From assembly GCA_038883655.1 (NCBI GenBank), contig JAVZLQ010000003.1, positions 96,001-160,000 on the forward strand: a stretch of 64,000 bases of DNA, written 5' to 3'. The notes beneath the pieces were generated by a model, which saw nothing but the letters and a program-made list of their open reading frames with translations, ran no database searches and had not been told where the DNA came from. This document shows, piece by piece, positions 20,612-29,437 of this stretch. The position numbers were made by a program, and so were the translations under genes. How positions within the stretch are numbered: position 1 is the first letter of the stretch; every line of letters begins with the position of its first letter. This DNA comes from Candidatus Bathyarchaeia archaeon. GTDB taxonomy: Archaea; Thermoproteota; Bathyarchaeia; Bathyarchaeales; Bathycorpusculaceae.

Positions 20612-21034
20612 ATGGTTAAACTTGGGAAGGAAGAAAAGATGCTTCTGGAGGCTGCTGCAAAGGCGCTTTACAAGGCATATGTACTTTGGGGTTTCAGAGT
20701 TGGCGCCGCCGTGCTTGGAGAAGACGGCAAAATTTATGAGGGGTGCAACGTAGAAAGCTGGATTTCCGGGCTCGGTATATGTGCTGAAAGATGCGCCGTA
20801 AACCATGCAGTACTGCATGGAAATATGAGGATTAAGGCGGTGGCTTTGGTCATGGAAAAAGAGAACGGTGAAGACCCAAAGCCATGTGGTGCATGTCTAC
20901 AGTACATGGCGGATTTTGCTGAAAATTCCAAAATTAAAATTGTTATGGCAAAAGTGGAAAATGACAAAGTTCTATTTGAGACTGTTAAAGTAAAGACTCT
21001 TGAAGAGTTGCTGCCTTCCCCCTTCAAAAGATAG
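20612..21034 (+). CDS. cdd: Cytidine deaminase family protein (homotetrameric type, divergent)
   Basis: FRVGAAV, GCNVE, CAER, PCGAC zinc motifs. Confidence 0.8.
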   Translation: MVKLGKEEKMLLEAAAKALYKAYVLWGFRVGAAVLGEDGKIYEGCNVESWISGLGICAERCAVNHAVLHGNMRIKAVALVMEKENGEDPKPCGACLQYMADFAENSKIKIVMAKVENDKVLFETVKVKTLEELLPSPFKR

Positions 21035-21124
21035 TGAGAAACTCCTTTTGAGCGTAGTTAAATTAAAGTGTGGGCAAAACATTATCCTAAAAAAGCAGTA
21101 GAAAGAGCGTTGGTGAAGCTCAAC

Positions 21125-22651
21125 GTGGCTCAAGTAACCTTCGAAGAAATCAGCGCTTCAGACTTCTTCTACCGAAACAGGGACATAGCGGGCTTCACAA
21201 ACCCTTCGAGAGCCATATTTGCGGCAATAAGAGAACTTGTTGAAAACTCGCTTGACGCCGCCGAAAGCATAAAAGTGCCCCCAGAAGTTTACGTGCGACT
21301 ATCTTATGAAGGCGAAGCAAGCAAAGAAACCCAAATCTACAAACTACGCGTAGAAGACAACGGTACGGGCGTCCCGCCGAGACACATACCATCAGCCTTT
21401 GGACAAGTGCTCTTCGGCTCAAAATATAAGCTAAAACAGCAAAGAGGAACCTTCGGCTTAGGCGGAAAAATGGCAATACTATATGGACAGATCACCACGC
21501 ATCAGCCAGCGTGCATAATCTCAAGCACGGGCATGTCTAGGATTTACATGTATAAGCTTATGATCGACATCCAGCGAAACCGCCCAATAATAGTTGATAG
21601 GAAAGTTTTTTTGAACAAGGAGGGGTGGCGTGGAACAATCGTCGAATTTTGCCTTGAAGGTGACTATCTTAGGGCGATGCCTAAAATTTTGGATTATTTC
21701 AAGCAGACAGCCCTTGTCAACCCATATGCAAACCTAACTTTCGTAGACCCAAAAGGAAGGCTATACAAGTTCACAAGGGTCACAAAGGAAATGCCTGAAC
21801 CCCCAAAAGAAACGTTGCCGCACCCTTATGGCGTTGACGTTGAGCTTCTTCAAAGGCTTATACAAGTTACGCCTCACAAGAACATGCTTGACTTCTTGAA
21901 AAATCATTTCCACAGAGTTGGAGAAATAACCGCGCAAAAGTTTCTTGAATTCAGCAACATAAGCCCAACGAAAAACCCGAAGAAACTTTCACATGAAGAA
22001 ATAGTTAGGCTAATGCAGATGCTTAAAAAGTTTAAGGAGTTCCTTCCGCCAGATGCAAGTTGCCTATCGCCACTTGGCGAAGAACTATTGAAGATGGGAA
22101 TATTAAAGGAGTTAAAACCAGAATTTGTGGCGGTTCACCAGCGCAAGCCAGCAACATACGCTGGACACCCATTCATAGTCGAGGTTGGCATTGCTTATGG
22201 TGGAGAAATCCCAAAGAAGGGGAGCTTCATAATTTACCGTTTTGCCAACCGCATACCTCTGCTTTATGACGAAGCAAGCGACGTTTCAGTTAAAGTGATT
22301 AACGCAATGAACTGGCGCAGATACAAGGTCACACCTGACATGCCAATAGCCATACTCGTACACATTTGCAGCACAAAGGTTCCATACAAAACTGTTGGAA
22401 AAGAGTTTATCGCAGATAGACCAGAAGTGCGGAGAGAAGTTGCAAATGGACTCCGCGAAGTTGCCCGTCAACTTCAGCACTTCCTAACAAAGCGTGAACA
22501 CGTGGACAGACAGCGGAAACGCTTGGGAGTTTTCAGCAAATACCTTCCGAAAATAGCTGAGTTTTCAGCCAAGTTGGCGGGTAAGGATAAGCTCCCAGAT
22601 ATTGAGAAACTTTTAAGGAGTGTGGAAAAGTTTGGAGCAGAAGAAGTTTAA
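21125..22651 (+). CDS. top6B: DNA topoisomerase VI subunit B
   Basis: RELVENSLDA, EDNGTG, QRGTFGLG, RFANRIPLLY; GTG start at 21125 after GGTGA. Confidence 0.96.
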   Translation: MAQVTFEEISASDFFYRNRDIAGFTNPSRAIFAAIRELVENSLDAAESIKVPPEVYVRLSYEGEASKETQIYKLRVEDNGTGVPPRHIPSAFGQVLFGSKYKLKQQRGTFGLGGKMAILYGQITTHQPACIISSTGMSRIYMYKLMIDIQRNRPIIVDRKVFLNKEGWRGTIVEFCLEGDYLRAMPKILDYFKQTALVNPYANLTFVDPKGRLYKFTRVTKEMPEPPKETLPHPYGVDVELLQRLIQVTPHKNMLDFLKNHFHRVGEITAQKFLEFSNISPTKNPKKLSHEEIVRLMQMLKKFKEFLPPDASCLSPLGEELLKMGILKELKPEFVAVHQRKPATYAGHPFIVEVGIAYGGEIPKKGSFIIYRFANRIPLLYDEASDVSVKVINAMNWRRYKVTPDMPIAILVHICSTKVPYKTVGKEFIADRPEVRREVANGLREVARQLQHFLTKREHVDRQRKRLGVFSKYLPKIAEFSAKLAGKDKLPDIEKLLRSVEKFGAEEV

Positions 22652-23723
22652 AAGCAGCATAATGGAGAAAAGAAAAGAAGTTTTGGCAAGTTTACAGAAT
22701 TTTGGGTTGAAAATTTACAATCAGATGGATAGCGGACACTTTCCAACAGTGGACATGCCAAGTCGTTCAATAGAAAATATTTACTACGACCCAAACCTGA
22801 GGCAGTTCGTTCTTGGCGATAGGCGCATACGCAGAAGCACACGCAACATACGCCACATAAAACCCTTCACGCAACTCGTTTGGGCGGCAGCCTTCTCATA
22901 TGAGTTGACATCGCAAAGGAAAACCTCAACCTTGAGGGACGTTTACTATTCCGCGCAAGCCTATGAGATGACGTTCACAGACCAGCAAGAATCAAACAAC
23001 ATAATAACGGATTTGGAAACAGTCTTGGGATTTTCAAGAGAAGACTTCAACATTTTCCCAGAAGAACGTTCAGCAGTCTTCGGAGACCTAACAATAGAAT
23101 ACACCGTGCCAGGCTACGAGGGCAGAACACTAAACCTGACTTCGCACCCAGACGGCGTCCTTATCGGACCAGCCTTGACTTCCGCAGAGTTCGTTAAAAC
23201 AACAGCCGACAAAGTCATAGCCATAGAGAAAGGCGGCTTGTTCACGCGTTTCATAGAGGAAAACGTACACAAGAAGTTCAATGCGATACTTGTTTTGACT
23301 GCTGGACAAGCGCCGAGGGCTACAAGACATTTTATTAGGCGGTTAAACAGTGAGCTTAAACTCCCAGTTTACATTTTCACGGACGGCGACCCATGGGGAA
23401 TGCACATAGCCATGGTCATAATCTCCGGTTCTGCAAACGCCGCGCATCTACGCGAACTAAACACGCCAGACGCCAAGTGGAGCGGAGTTTGGGCGACTGA
23501 CATTGTTAATTATAAGTTGCCAACAGACCCGTTAGACGATGTGGACATGAAGAGGCTCTACGAGTTGCAGCGCGATCCGCGCTACAAGGACCCACTTTGG
23601 CAGAGGGAAATTAAAACTTTCATGAAAATTAAGCGGAAGGCGGAGCAAGAGGCTTTCAGTAGATACGGCTTAACATACATCGTTGACGAGTATTTGCCAG
23701 CAAAACTTGAGGAGACACGATAA
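22620..23723 (+). CDS. top6A: DNA topoisomerase VI subunit A
   Basis: TLRDVYY catalytic Tyr, TOPRIM IEK..DGDPWG, KAEQEA; start codon uncertain. Confidence 0.96.
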   Translation: MWKSLEQKKFKSSIMEKRKEVLASLQNFGLKIYNQMDSGHFPTVDMPSRSIENIYYDPNLRQFVLGDRRIRRSTRNIRHIKPFTQLVWAAAFSYELTSQRKTSTLRDVYYSAQAYEMTFTDQQESNNIITDLETVLGFSREDFNIFPEERSAVFGDLTIEYTVPGYEGRTLNLTSHPDGVLIGPALTSAEFVKTTADKVIAIEKGGLFTRFIEENVHKKFNAILVLTAGQAPRATRHFIRRLNSELKLPVYIFTDGDPWGMHIAMVIISGSANAAHLRELNTPDAKWSGVWATDIVNYKLPTDPLDDVDMKRLYELQRDPRYKDPLWQREIKTFMKIKRKAEQEAFSRYGLTYIVDEYLPAKLEETR

Positions 23724-23795
23724 GGCGAAAAGAGAAGTTTAAAATAACCGTTCATGTTTATGATGTAAAACATTCGTGAACTGGATGGTTAGGGC

Positions 23796-23996
23796 ATGAG
23801 TGAAGGGGGCGGTGGTTTCGGCTTAACCTTGGCTGAAAAGTTTTTCGGATTACTACTGCTTATTGTGGGTGGTCTCACAAGCTACTACACCTTCACAAGC
23901 ATTGGTGATTTGGGAAGCTACATTTGGCTTTTTGGCTTCTTATCAATTTTCATGCTTGCGCTTGGAATGTTTTTGATAACCGCCAAGACGGAGTGA
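23796..23996 (+). CDS. Small hypothetical membrane protein (2 TM)
   Basis: 66 aa with two hydrophobic helices; fills the intergenic gap. Confidence 0.6.
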   Translation: MSEGGGGFGLTLAEKFFGLLLLIVGGLTSYYTFTSIGDLGSYIWLFGFLSIFMLALGMFLITAKTE

Positions 23997-24002
23997 AAGC
24001 AT

Positions 24003-24320
24003 TTATTCTCTTTTTTCGACGACTATTTTACATTTTGTAACGAGTGCTGCTATTACGCCTAGGGCTGCAAGCCAAGGAGCCAAGACAGCGCCAATAACGC
24101 CAACTGTTGCCGGTATCTCCAGCAGCACGTTTCCCTTCTCGTCCTTGACTATTATCCGCGTAATGTTTCCTTCCCGTAGGAGCTGCTTCACCCTTTCGAT
24201 TAGGTCGTCTGCGGAAACCGAAAATTCTTCGCGGGTGATTTTTGCAGCTGGGGCGCCGCAGGCATAGCAGAATTTGTCTTCATCTTTCAGTTTTGCTCCA
24301 CATTTTGGGCAGTATGGCAA
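24003..24320 (-). CDS. Zinc-ribbon + DUF4342 protein
   Basis: CPKCG..FCYACG; 'VKQLLREGNITRIIVK..LLEIPATVG..LAPWLAALG' DUF4342 pattern. Confidence 0.8.
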   Translation of the reverse strand: MPYCPKCGAKLKDEDKFCYACGAPAAKITREEFSVSADDLIERVKQLLREGNITRIIVKDEKGNVLLEIPATVGVIGAVLAPWLAALGVIAALVTKCKIVVEKRE

Positions 24321-24419
24321 TTTTTCACCACAAGCTTAGTGACGCGCAGAGGCTTAAAAGTGTTTATTAGGGTATGCAGCATTATTTTTGAAGGGCGTCA
24401 TGAAAAGAGGGCGTTTGCC

Positions 24420-26201
24420 GTGTCTATTCGTCAGCCAATAGTGTGTGTTCTTGGTCATGTGGATACTGGGAAGACTTTGCTTTTAGATAAAATTCGCAAA
24501 ACAAGCGTCCAAGCAAGGGAAGTTGGCGGAATCACACAGCATATCGGCGCTAGCTTCTTTCCAGTTGACACTCTTAAACAACTTATCGGTCCATTGCTGT
24601 CGATGGTTAAGGGCGAAATTGAAATTCCAGGTTTGCTCGTTATCGACACGCCTGGGCATGAGGCTTTTACGAACCTGCGTAAACGCGGCGGAAGCGTTGC
24701 TGACATCGCCATTCTCGTGATTGACGTGCTGCGTGGTTTTGAGGCGCAGACTTACGAGTGTATTGAAATTTTGAAGGCACGTAAGACGCCTTTTCTTGTT
24801 GCTGCTAACAAGATTGACCGCATTCCAGGGTGGAAGTCTCTTCCGGACACGCCTTTCATGAAGGCTTACCAGATGCAGGACCCTTACGTGCGCGAGGATT
24901 TGGATAACCGGCTTTATGATATTATTGGGGTTTTTTCGCGCCTAGGCTTTAGGGCAGACCGCTTTGACCGCATAAAGGATTTTACGAAGACTGTGGCTAT
25001 TGTGCCTACAAGCGCCAAGACTGGCGAGGGCATAACAGAACTTCTCATGGTTCTTGTTGGTTTAACGCAGCAGTACTTAAAGAAGCGCTTGCAGACAACC
25101 GAAGGACCAGCCAAAGGCACGGTTTTGGAAGTTAAGGAAGAACCCGGTCTTGGTTTGACACTTAACACCATTGTTTATGATGGCACTTTGCGTAAGGATG
25201 ATCTGGTTGTTGTTGGCGGTAAGGAAAAACCTATTGTTACGCGGATTAGGGCTATTTTGGTGCCTAAACCACTTGATGAAATTAGGGACCCGCGTGACCG
25301 TTTTTCCTCTGTGGATTCCGTTTCTGCAGCGGCTGGTGTAAAAATAGTCGCGCCTGATTTAGAAGGCGCATTAGCTGGGGCGCCTTTGTATGCTGTTGGT
25401 GAGGGCGAAAGCATCGACAAGTATGTTAGGGCTGTTTCTGAGGAGATTGAGCGTATAAGGATTGCTACCGACGTTGATGGCGTTATTCTGAAGGCTGACA
25501 CGCTGGGTTCTTTAGAGGCTATTGCCGAACATTTGAAGCGCAACAACGTGCCGATCCGGATGGCTGATGTTGGTGATGTTTCAAAGCGTGAGGTTACGGA
25601 GGCAGCCATTGTTAAGGAGCACCAGCCATTTTACGGGGCTATTTTAGCATTCAACGTTAAAGTTTTGCCAGATGCTGAAGAAGAAGCAAAAAATAAGGGC
25701 GTCCAGATCTTTCAAGAACGAATAATTTATCATTTGATAGATAATTATTTGTCTTGGCTTAAAGCTCAAACTGAAGCAAAAATTGAGCATGAATTTGCGA
25801 ATCTGGTTAAGCCAGCGAAGATCCGCATTTTGGAAGGCTATGTTTTCAGAAGGGCTAAACCAGCAATAGTAGGCGTCGAAGTACTAGCGGGAAAAATAAA
25901 GCCAAAACTTGCGCTTGTAAGGGCGGAAGACGGCGAGGAAATAGGCGAAATACTGCAAATTCAAGAGAAGGGACAAGCGCTTTCAGAAGCAAGCAAAGGC
26001 ATGCAAGTAGCCATAAGCCTAGACAAGCCAACAGTTGGAAGACACATATTCGAAAAAGACATATTATACGTGAAAGTCCCAGAACAACACGCTAGGGCTT
26101 TGCAAACAACATTCATGGACAAGCTGACAACAGAAGAGCAAGAAGCACTAAACGAGTACATAAACATAATAAAAAAGAAAACACCATATTGGACGGCATG
26201 A
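24420..26201 (+). CDS. infB: Translation initiation factor aIF5B (IF-2)
   Basis: RQPIVCVLGHVDTGKT, GGITQHIGA, DTPGHEAF, NKID. Confidence 0.97.
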   Translation: MSIRQPIVCVLGHVDTGKTLLLDKIRKTSVQAREVGGITQHIGASFFPVDTLKQLIGPLLSMVKGEIEIPGLLVIDTPGHEAFTNLRKRGGSVADIAILVIDVLRGFEAQTYECIEILKARKTPFLVAANKIDRIPGWKSLPDTPFMKAYQMQDPYVREDLDNRLYDIIGVFSRLGFRADRFDRIKDFTKTVAIVPTSAKTGEGITELLMVLVGLTQQYLKKRLQTTEGPAKGTVLEVKEEPGLGLTLNTIVYDGTLRKDDLVVVGGKEKPIVTRIRAILVPKPLDEIRDPRDRFSSVDSVSAAAGVKIVAPDLEGALAGAPLYAVGEGESIDKYVRAVSEEIERIRIATDVDGVILKADTLGSLEAIAEHLKRNNVPIRMADVGDVSKREVTEAAIVKEHQPFYGAILAFNVKVLPDAEEEAKNKGVQIFQERIIYHLIDNYLSWLKAQTEAKIEHEFANLVKPAKIRILEGYVFRRAKPAIVGVEVLAGKIKPKLALVRAEDGEEIGEILQIQEKGQALSEASKGMQVAISLDKPTVGRHIFEKDILYVKVPEQHARALQTTFMDKLTTEEQEALNEYINIIKKKTPYWTA

Positions 26202-26248
26202 AACGTTAATAAGATTCTACGTCATTCATTGTTTTATAGGTGCCAACG

Positions 26249-26464
26249 ATGAAAGTTAGTGTTACCATACACAAGGAAGGAGAATGGTATGTGGCTGTTG
26301 ACCCTGTTACTGGAGTAGCTAGCCAAGGCAAAACTATTGATGAAGCCTTAAAGAATTTTCAAGAAGCCTTTGAATTATGGTTTGAAAACGCAGAAGAATG
26401 GGAGAAAGAACGAGCAATAAAAGGCGAACCAGTCGCCACAATGGTTATTGAGATAAAAGTTTAG
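26249..26464 (+). CDS. hicB: HicB family antitoxin (short, no DNA-binding domain)
   Basis: IHKEGEWYVA..GVASQGKTIDEALKNFQEAFELW. Confidence 0.88.
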   Translation: MKVSVTIHKEGEWYVAVDPVTGVASQGKTIDEALKNFQEAFELWFENAEEWEKERAIKGEPVATMVIEIKV

Positions 26465-26694
26465 CTTTTCTCAGTTAATTTAATGAATTCTTCTGGTGTT
26501 AGTCCAGCTTGAAATAAAATGCCTCTCAAAGTGCCAATGGCTATTTCTTCATGTTTGGGAACAACCACTGTCCGCTTTTTGTCTTTATAAGAACCTTTTA
26601 AAACTATGTGACTTCCCCTCTGCCTCACGACTTTAAAGCCAAGCTTATTCAATATTTTGATTATACTCTTATATGAATGTGGCTTAAGCTTCAA
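26461..26694 (-). CDS. hicA: HicA family toxin (mRNA interferase)
   Basis: LGFKVVRQRGSH..VVVPKH.EI..GTLRGIL.QAGL. Confidence 0.9.
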   Translation of the reverse strand: MKLKPHSYKSIIKILNKLGFKVVRQRGSHIVLKGSYKDKKRTVVVPKHEEIAIGTLRGILFQAGLTPEEFIKLTEKS

Positions 26695-26763
26695 TCAAAC
26701 CACATTCAAAAGACTAAATGTTTAGCAATAAAAGGCTTTACTAACTTTTTAATCAGCAGAGTA

Positions 26764-27876
26764 TCACGAAAGCAAATGCACATTTCCTATGCGTATGTTT
26801 TTTAGGTGTTTTTGGGCTGTTTTTTGGCATTCTGTGGCTTGTTTTCGTGTTGTTGTTGGCAAATCATTCATCACATAGCATGGATAGAAAGCCAAAAGCG
26901 TGTACGGAATATTCGGGTTTATTTGGCTTATGAACTGCGCTATTTTCTCCACTTCTTCCGCGTCTACGTAGCCTGGCACAAGCAGAGTGCTAGCCGTTAG
27001 TACTGGCAGTTCTTCGCGTTTGTGATAGTATTTTTCTCCTATTAGGCGAAAGTTCTCAAGTGAAGGCTTGTTGGATACGCCGCAGAGCGCAATTGATAGT
27101 TCTTCGCTATAGGCTTTTAAGTCAAATTTTATGTTCCCGCCACTTTCAAGCGCGTACTCCGCCGCCCTCTCAGCCAACTTCGGATTCATGTAGCCATTCG
27201 TTTCCCAGCAAACACGCAAAATACAATTTTCAGCTTTCGCCTTCTCCAAAGCCGAACGGCTTGTTTCAAGCGAATGAGGCATTTGAGGCGAAGGGTCGCC
27301 ACCAAAATAGCATATGCACGAAACATGCTTATCCACTTTAGAGGCTAACTCGGCAGCGCTCAAAACGGGCTTATGCTTAACAGACAAGCGACGATAATGC
27401 CAGTTCTGACAGTATAGGCAATCATAACTGCAAGCGCCGTAAAAAACAGCCAAATTCGAATAGCCATACTCTGCAGAAGGCTTATACGCATACCGTGGAT
27501 AACCAGCGCCAGTGCAGCCGGGACAAAACCACCAGCTAACGCAGTTGGTTGGCAAACCATCATAATACCACTCTAAAACGCCCTTCTCCGCTGTGCCGCC
27601 ATAACGCACCAAACGCCCACCAACATTCCAAACCAGACCGCAAAAACCGCACTTACCAACACCAATAACGCAGTTGTTGGCGCAAACACCACACGCAAGC
27701 CCATCAGAATCACGCGGCGGCTCAGCTGGCAAACCATAAAAAGCCCGACTTTCAGCATGCACACGTCTAGTAACTTCCAAAGCTTGCTGAGGCTTCTCCC
27801 TAATACATTTTAAACAGGCACCAATACCATCCGATATTGTGGGCGACTTCTCGCCGCAAACCTTGCATTTTCCCAT
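26764..27876 (-). CDS. Radical SAM protein (PFL-activase-like / AmmeMemoRadiSam-related) with Cys-rich N-terminus
   Basis: CSYDCLYCQNW, FGGDP, WETNGY, FDLKA, TLLVPGY; extra CxxC motifs. Confidence 0.88.
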   Translation of the reverse strand: MGKCKVCGEKSPTISDGIGACLKCIREKPQQALEVTRRVHAESRAFYGLPAEPPRDSDGLACGVCANNCVIGVGKCGFCGLVWNVGGRLVRYGGTAEKGVLEWYYDGLPTNCVSWWFCPGCTGAGYPRYAYKPSAEYGYSNLAVFYGACSYDCLYCQNWHYRRLSVKHKPVLSAAELASKVDKHVSCICYFGGDPSPQMPHSLETSRSALEKAKAENCILRVCWETNGYMNPKLAERAAEYALESGGNIKFDLKAYSEELSIALCGVSNKPSLENFRLIGEKYYHKREELPVLTASTLLVPGYVDAEEVEKIAQFISQINPNIPYTLLAFYPCYVMNDLPTTTRKQATECQKTAQKHLKNIRIGNVHLLS

Positions 27877-28019
27877 AACAAACTCAAAAATAACTAGAAT
27901 AAACAAGCCTAAAAACCTATAGAGGGTATCCAATTTAACAGCACAGAACTGCGCAAAATTGACACGGCAAAAATCTAGAGAGGTCTATCACTATTGCAAT
28001 GGAAAAACACCAAAAAATG

Positions 28020-28952
28020 TTACCTTTTCCCATGTGACGCCCCTCTTGCAAGGGCAACACGCTTACAGTAGGCGCAAACACCGGTAAGCGAAGGAAAACC
28101 ACAGTTTTTACATGGAACAAGCGTTGGCTTCTCCACGGCTTTCTCAAGCAAAGGCAAAAGCTTCAAAAAACTCCTCAACACCTGATGTCTAAAATAGGGG
28201 TTGTTCCGCGACAAAGAATCCAAAAGCGCAACGTTTTCACGTGTTCTGGTGCCCTTGGCAAATGGGCATTCAACCTCACGGAAAGGTATGTCAGTGTATA
28301 GGCAGTAGAGCAAATTCTCATTTTCAGGCGACTTGATTAGAGGCTTGACTTTAATCGTCAAGTTCGGCATGGAGGGCTGCAAAACGGGCTTAAGCCTCAC
28401 AAGTTGGCTCCACTGTCCAGAGAAGAAGTTGTTAAGCATAAAACCGGCAACATCATCCATGTTATGTCCAGTCGCCAAAACCTTGACGCCGGCCCTCTGC
28501 GCAAGCTCATCAAAAGCATGACGCTTAAGCGTACCACAAGCAGAACAAATCTTAGCCTTAAAAACGGTGCGCCTAAAATTCTCAACACTAATGCCTAACT
28601 CCTTTCTGAAATCAAAAACATGAAAATCAATACCCAAAATTTTCGCTAGTGCTTCAGCCTTTGCTTGGCAATGCTCAGAATAACAAGAAATCCCAAGGTT
28701 TACGTGAAGCGCAAAAAGCCTTAGACCCGGAAAGGCAAGTCGCAAACCATGCAAAAGTGCAGCACTGTCCTTTCCGCCGGAAACAGCAACGCCAACAGCT
28801 TCGCCTTCCTTAAACATGTCAAAATCTTCAACAACACGCCTCAAACGCCTAACAAAAAACTGCAAAAAACACTCGGGACACAAGCTTAACCTCGCATAAG
28901 GAATGTGCACCTCAGCCTTGCGCTCATGACACTTGCCGCAAGCCACTGGCAT
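28020..28952 (-). CDS. tRNA 2-thiolation protein, TtuA/Ncs6 family
   Basis: N- and C-terminal Zn fingers, PP-loop VSGGKDS, CSAC, ATGHNMDD, KPL, ECP. Confidence 0.88.
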   Translation of the reverse strand: MPVACGKCHERKAEVHIPYARLSLCPECFLQFFVRRLRRVVEDFDMFKEGEAVGVAVSGGKDSAALLHGLRLAFPGLRLFALHVNLGISCYSEHCQAKAEALAKILGIDFHVFDFRKELGISVENFRRTVFKAKICSACGTLKRHAFDELAQRAGVKVLATGHNMDDVAGFMLNNFFSGQWSQLVRLKPVLQPSMPNLTIKVKPLIKSPENENLLYCLYTDIPFREVECPFAKGTRTRENVALLDSLSRNNPYFRHQVLRSFLKLLPLLEKAVEKPTLVPCKNCGFPSLTGVCAYCKRVALARGASHGKR

Positions 28953-28988
28953 ATTCCCAATTTACACCCAAAACATTAACTTACAATG

Positions 28989-29279
28989 TTAGCCGCCGCC
29001 AACAGGCGGAATAATCGCTAAAACATCACCATCAGAAAGTTCAGTCGCCAAACCCTTAAGCGTTGAAGCGCTTCGACCGTTGATGAGGAACTGCAAGAAA
29101 CCCTTAACCTCGCCACCAGCATCATAAACATATTCCACAAAACCCTTCCCGTAACGCTCAGCTAAACGCTTAAGGACAGCATCAACAGTAACGCGTTCAT
29201 CATCAGAGAATTCTAAAACTTCCTCCCGTTTACCAGTTAACTCTCTAAGGCTTGTGAAGAAACGCACCGAAATTCGCAT
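28989..29279 (-). CDS. Ubiquitin-like small archaeal modifier (SAMP/MoaD/TtuB)
   Basis: Beta-grasp pattern VRFFTSLRE...LINGR...DGDVLAIIPPVGGG with C-terminal GG. Confidence 0.9.
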   Translation of the reverse strand: MRISVRFFTSLRELTGKREEVLEFSDDERVTVDAVLKRLAERYGKGFVEYVYDAGGEVKGFLQFLINGRSASTLKGLATELSDGDVLAIIPPVGGG

Positions 29280-29437
29280 GCATAACCCCCTCAAGAAAAT
29301 ATCCGCGCAAGCCATAAATTTAACTGTTACAAAAACGCATGTAATCCGCAGAGAAGCTGGGTAAAAGTTTATATTTTAGTGCATTTTGGTTATCGGAATA
29401 GCTGAAAAACGTTCTAGAGTAATTGGAGGAACCTTGT

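Noticed and set aside
13276-21034. Split CDAT8-like (deaminase + THUMP) tRNA C8-to-U editing system
   Set aside because: The genes are about 7 kb apart, and the tRNA-Glu here already encodes T at position 8
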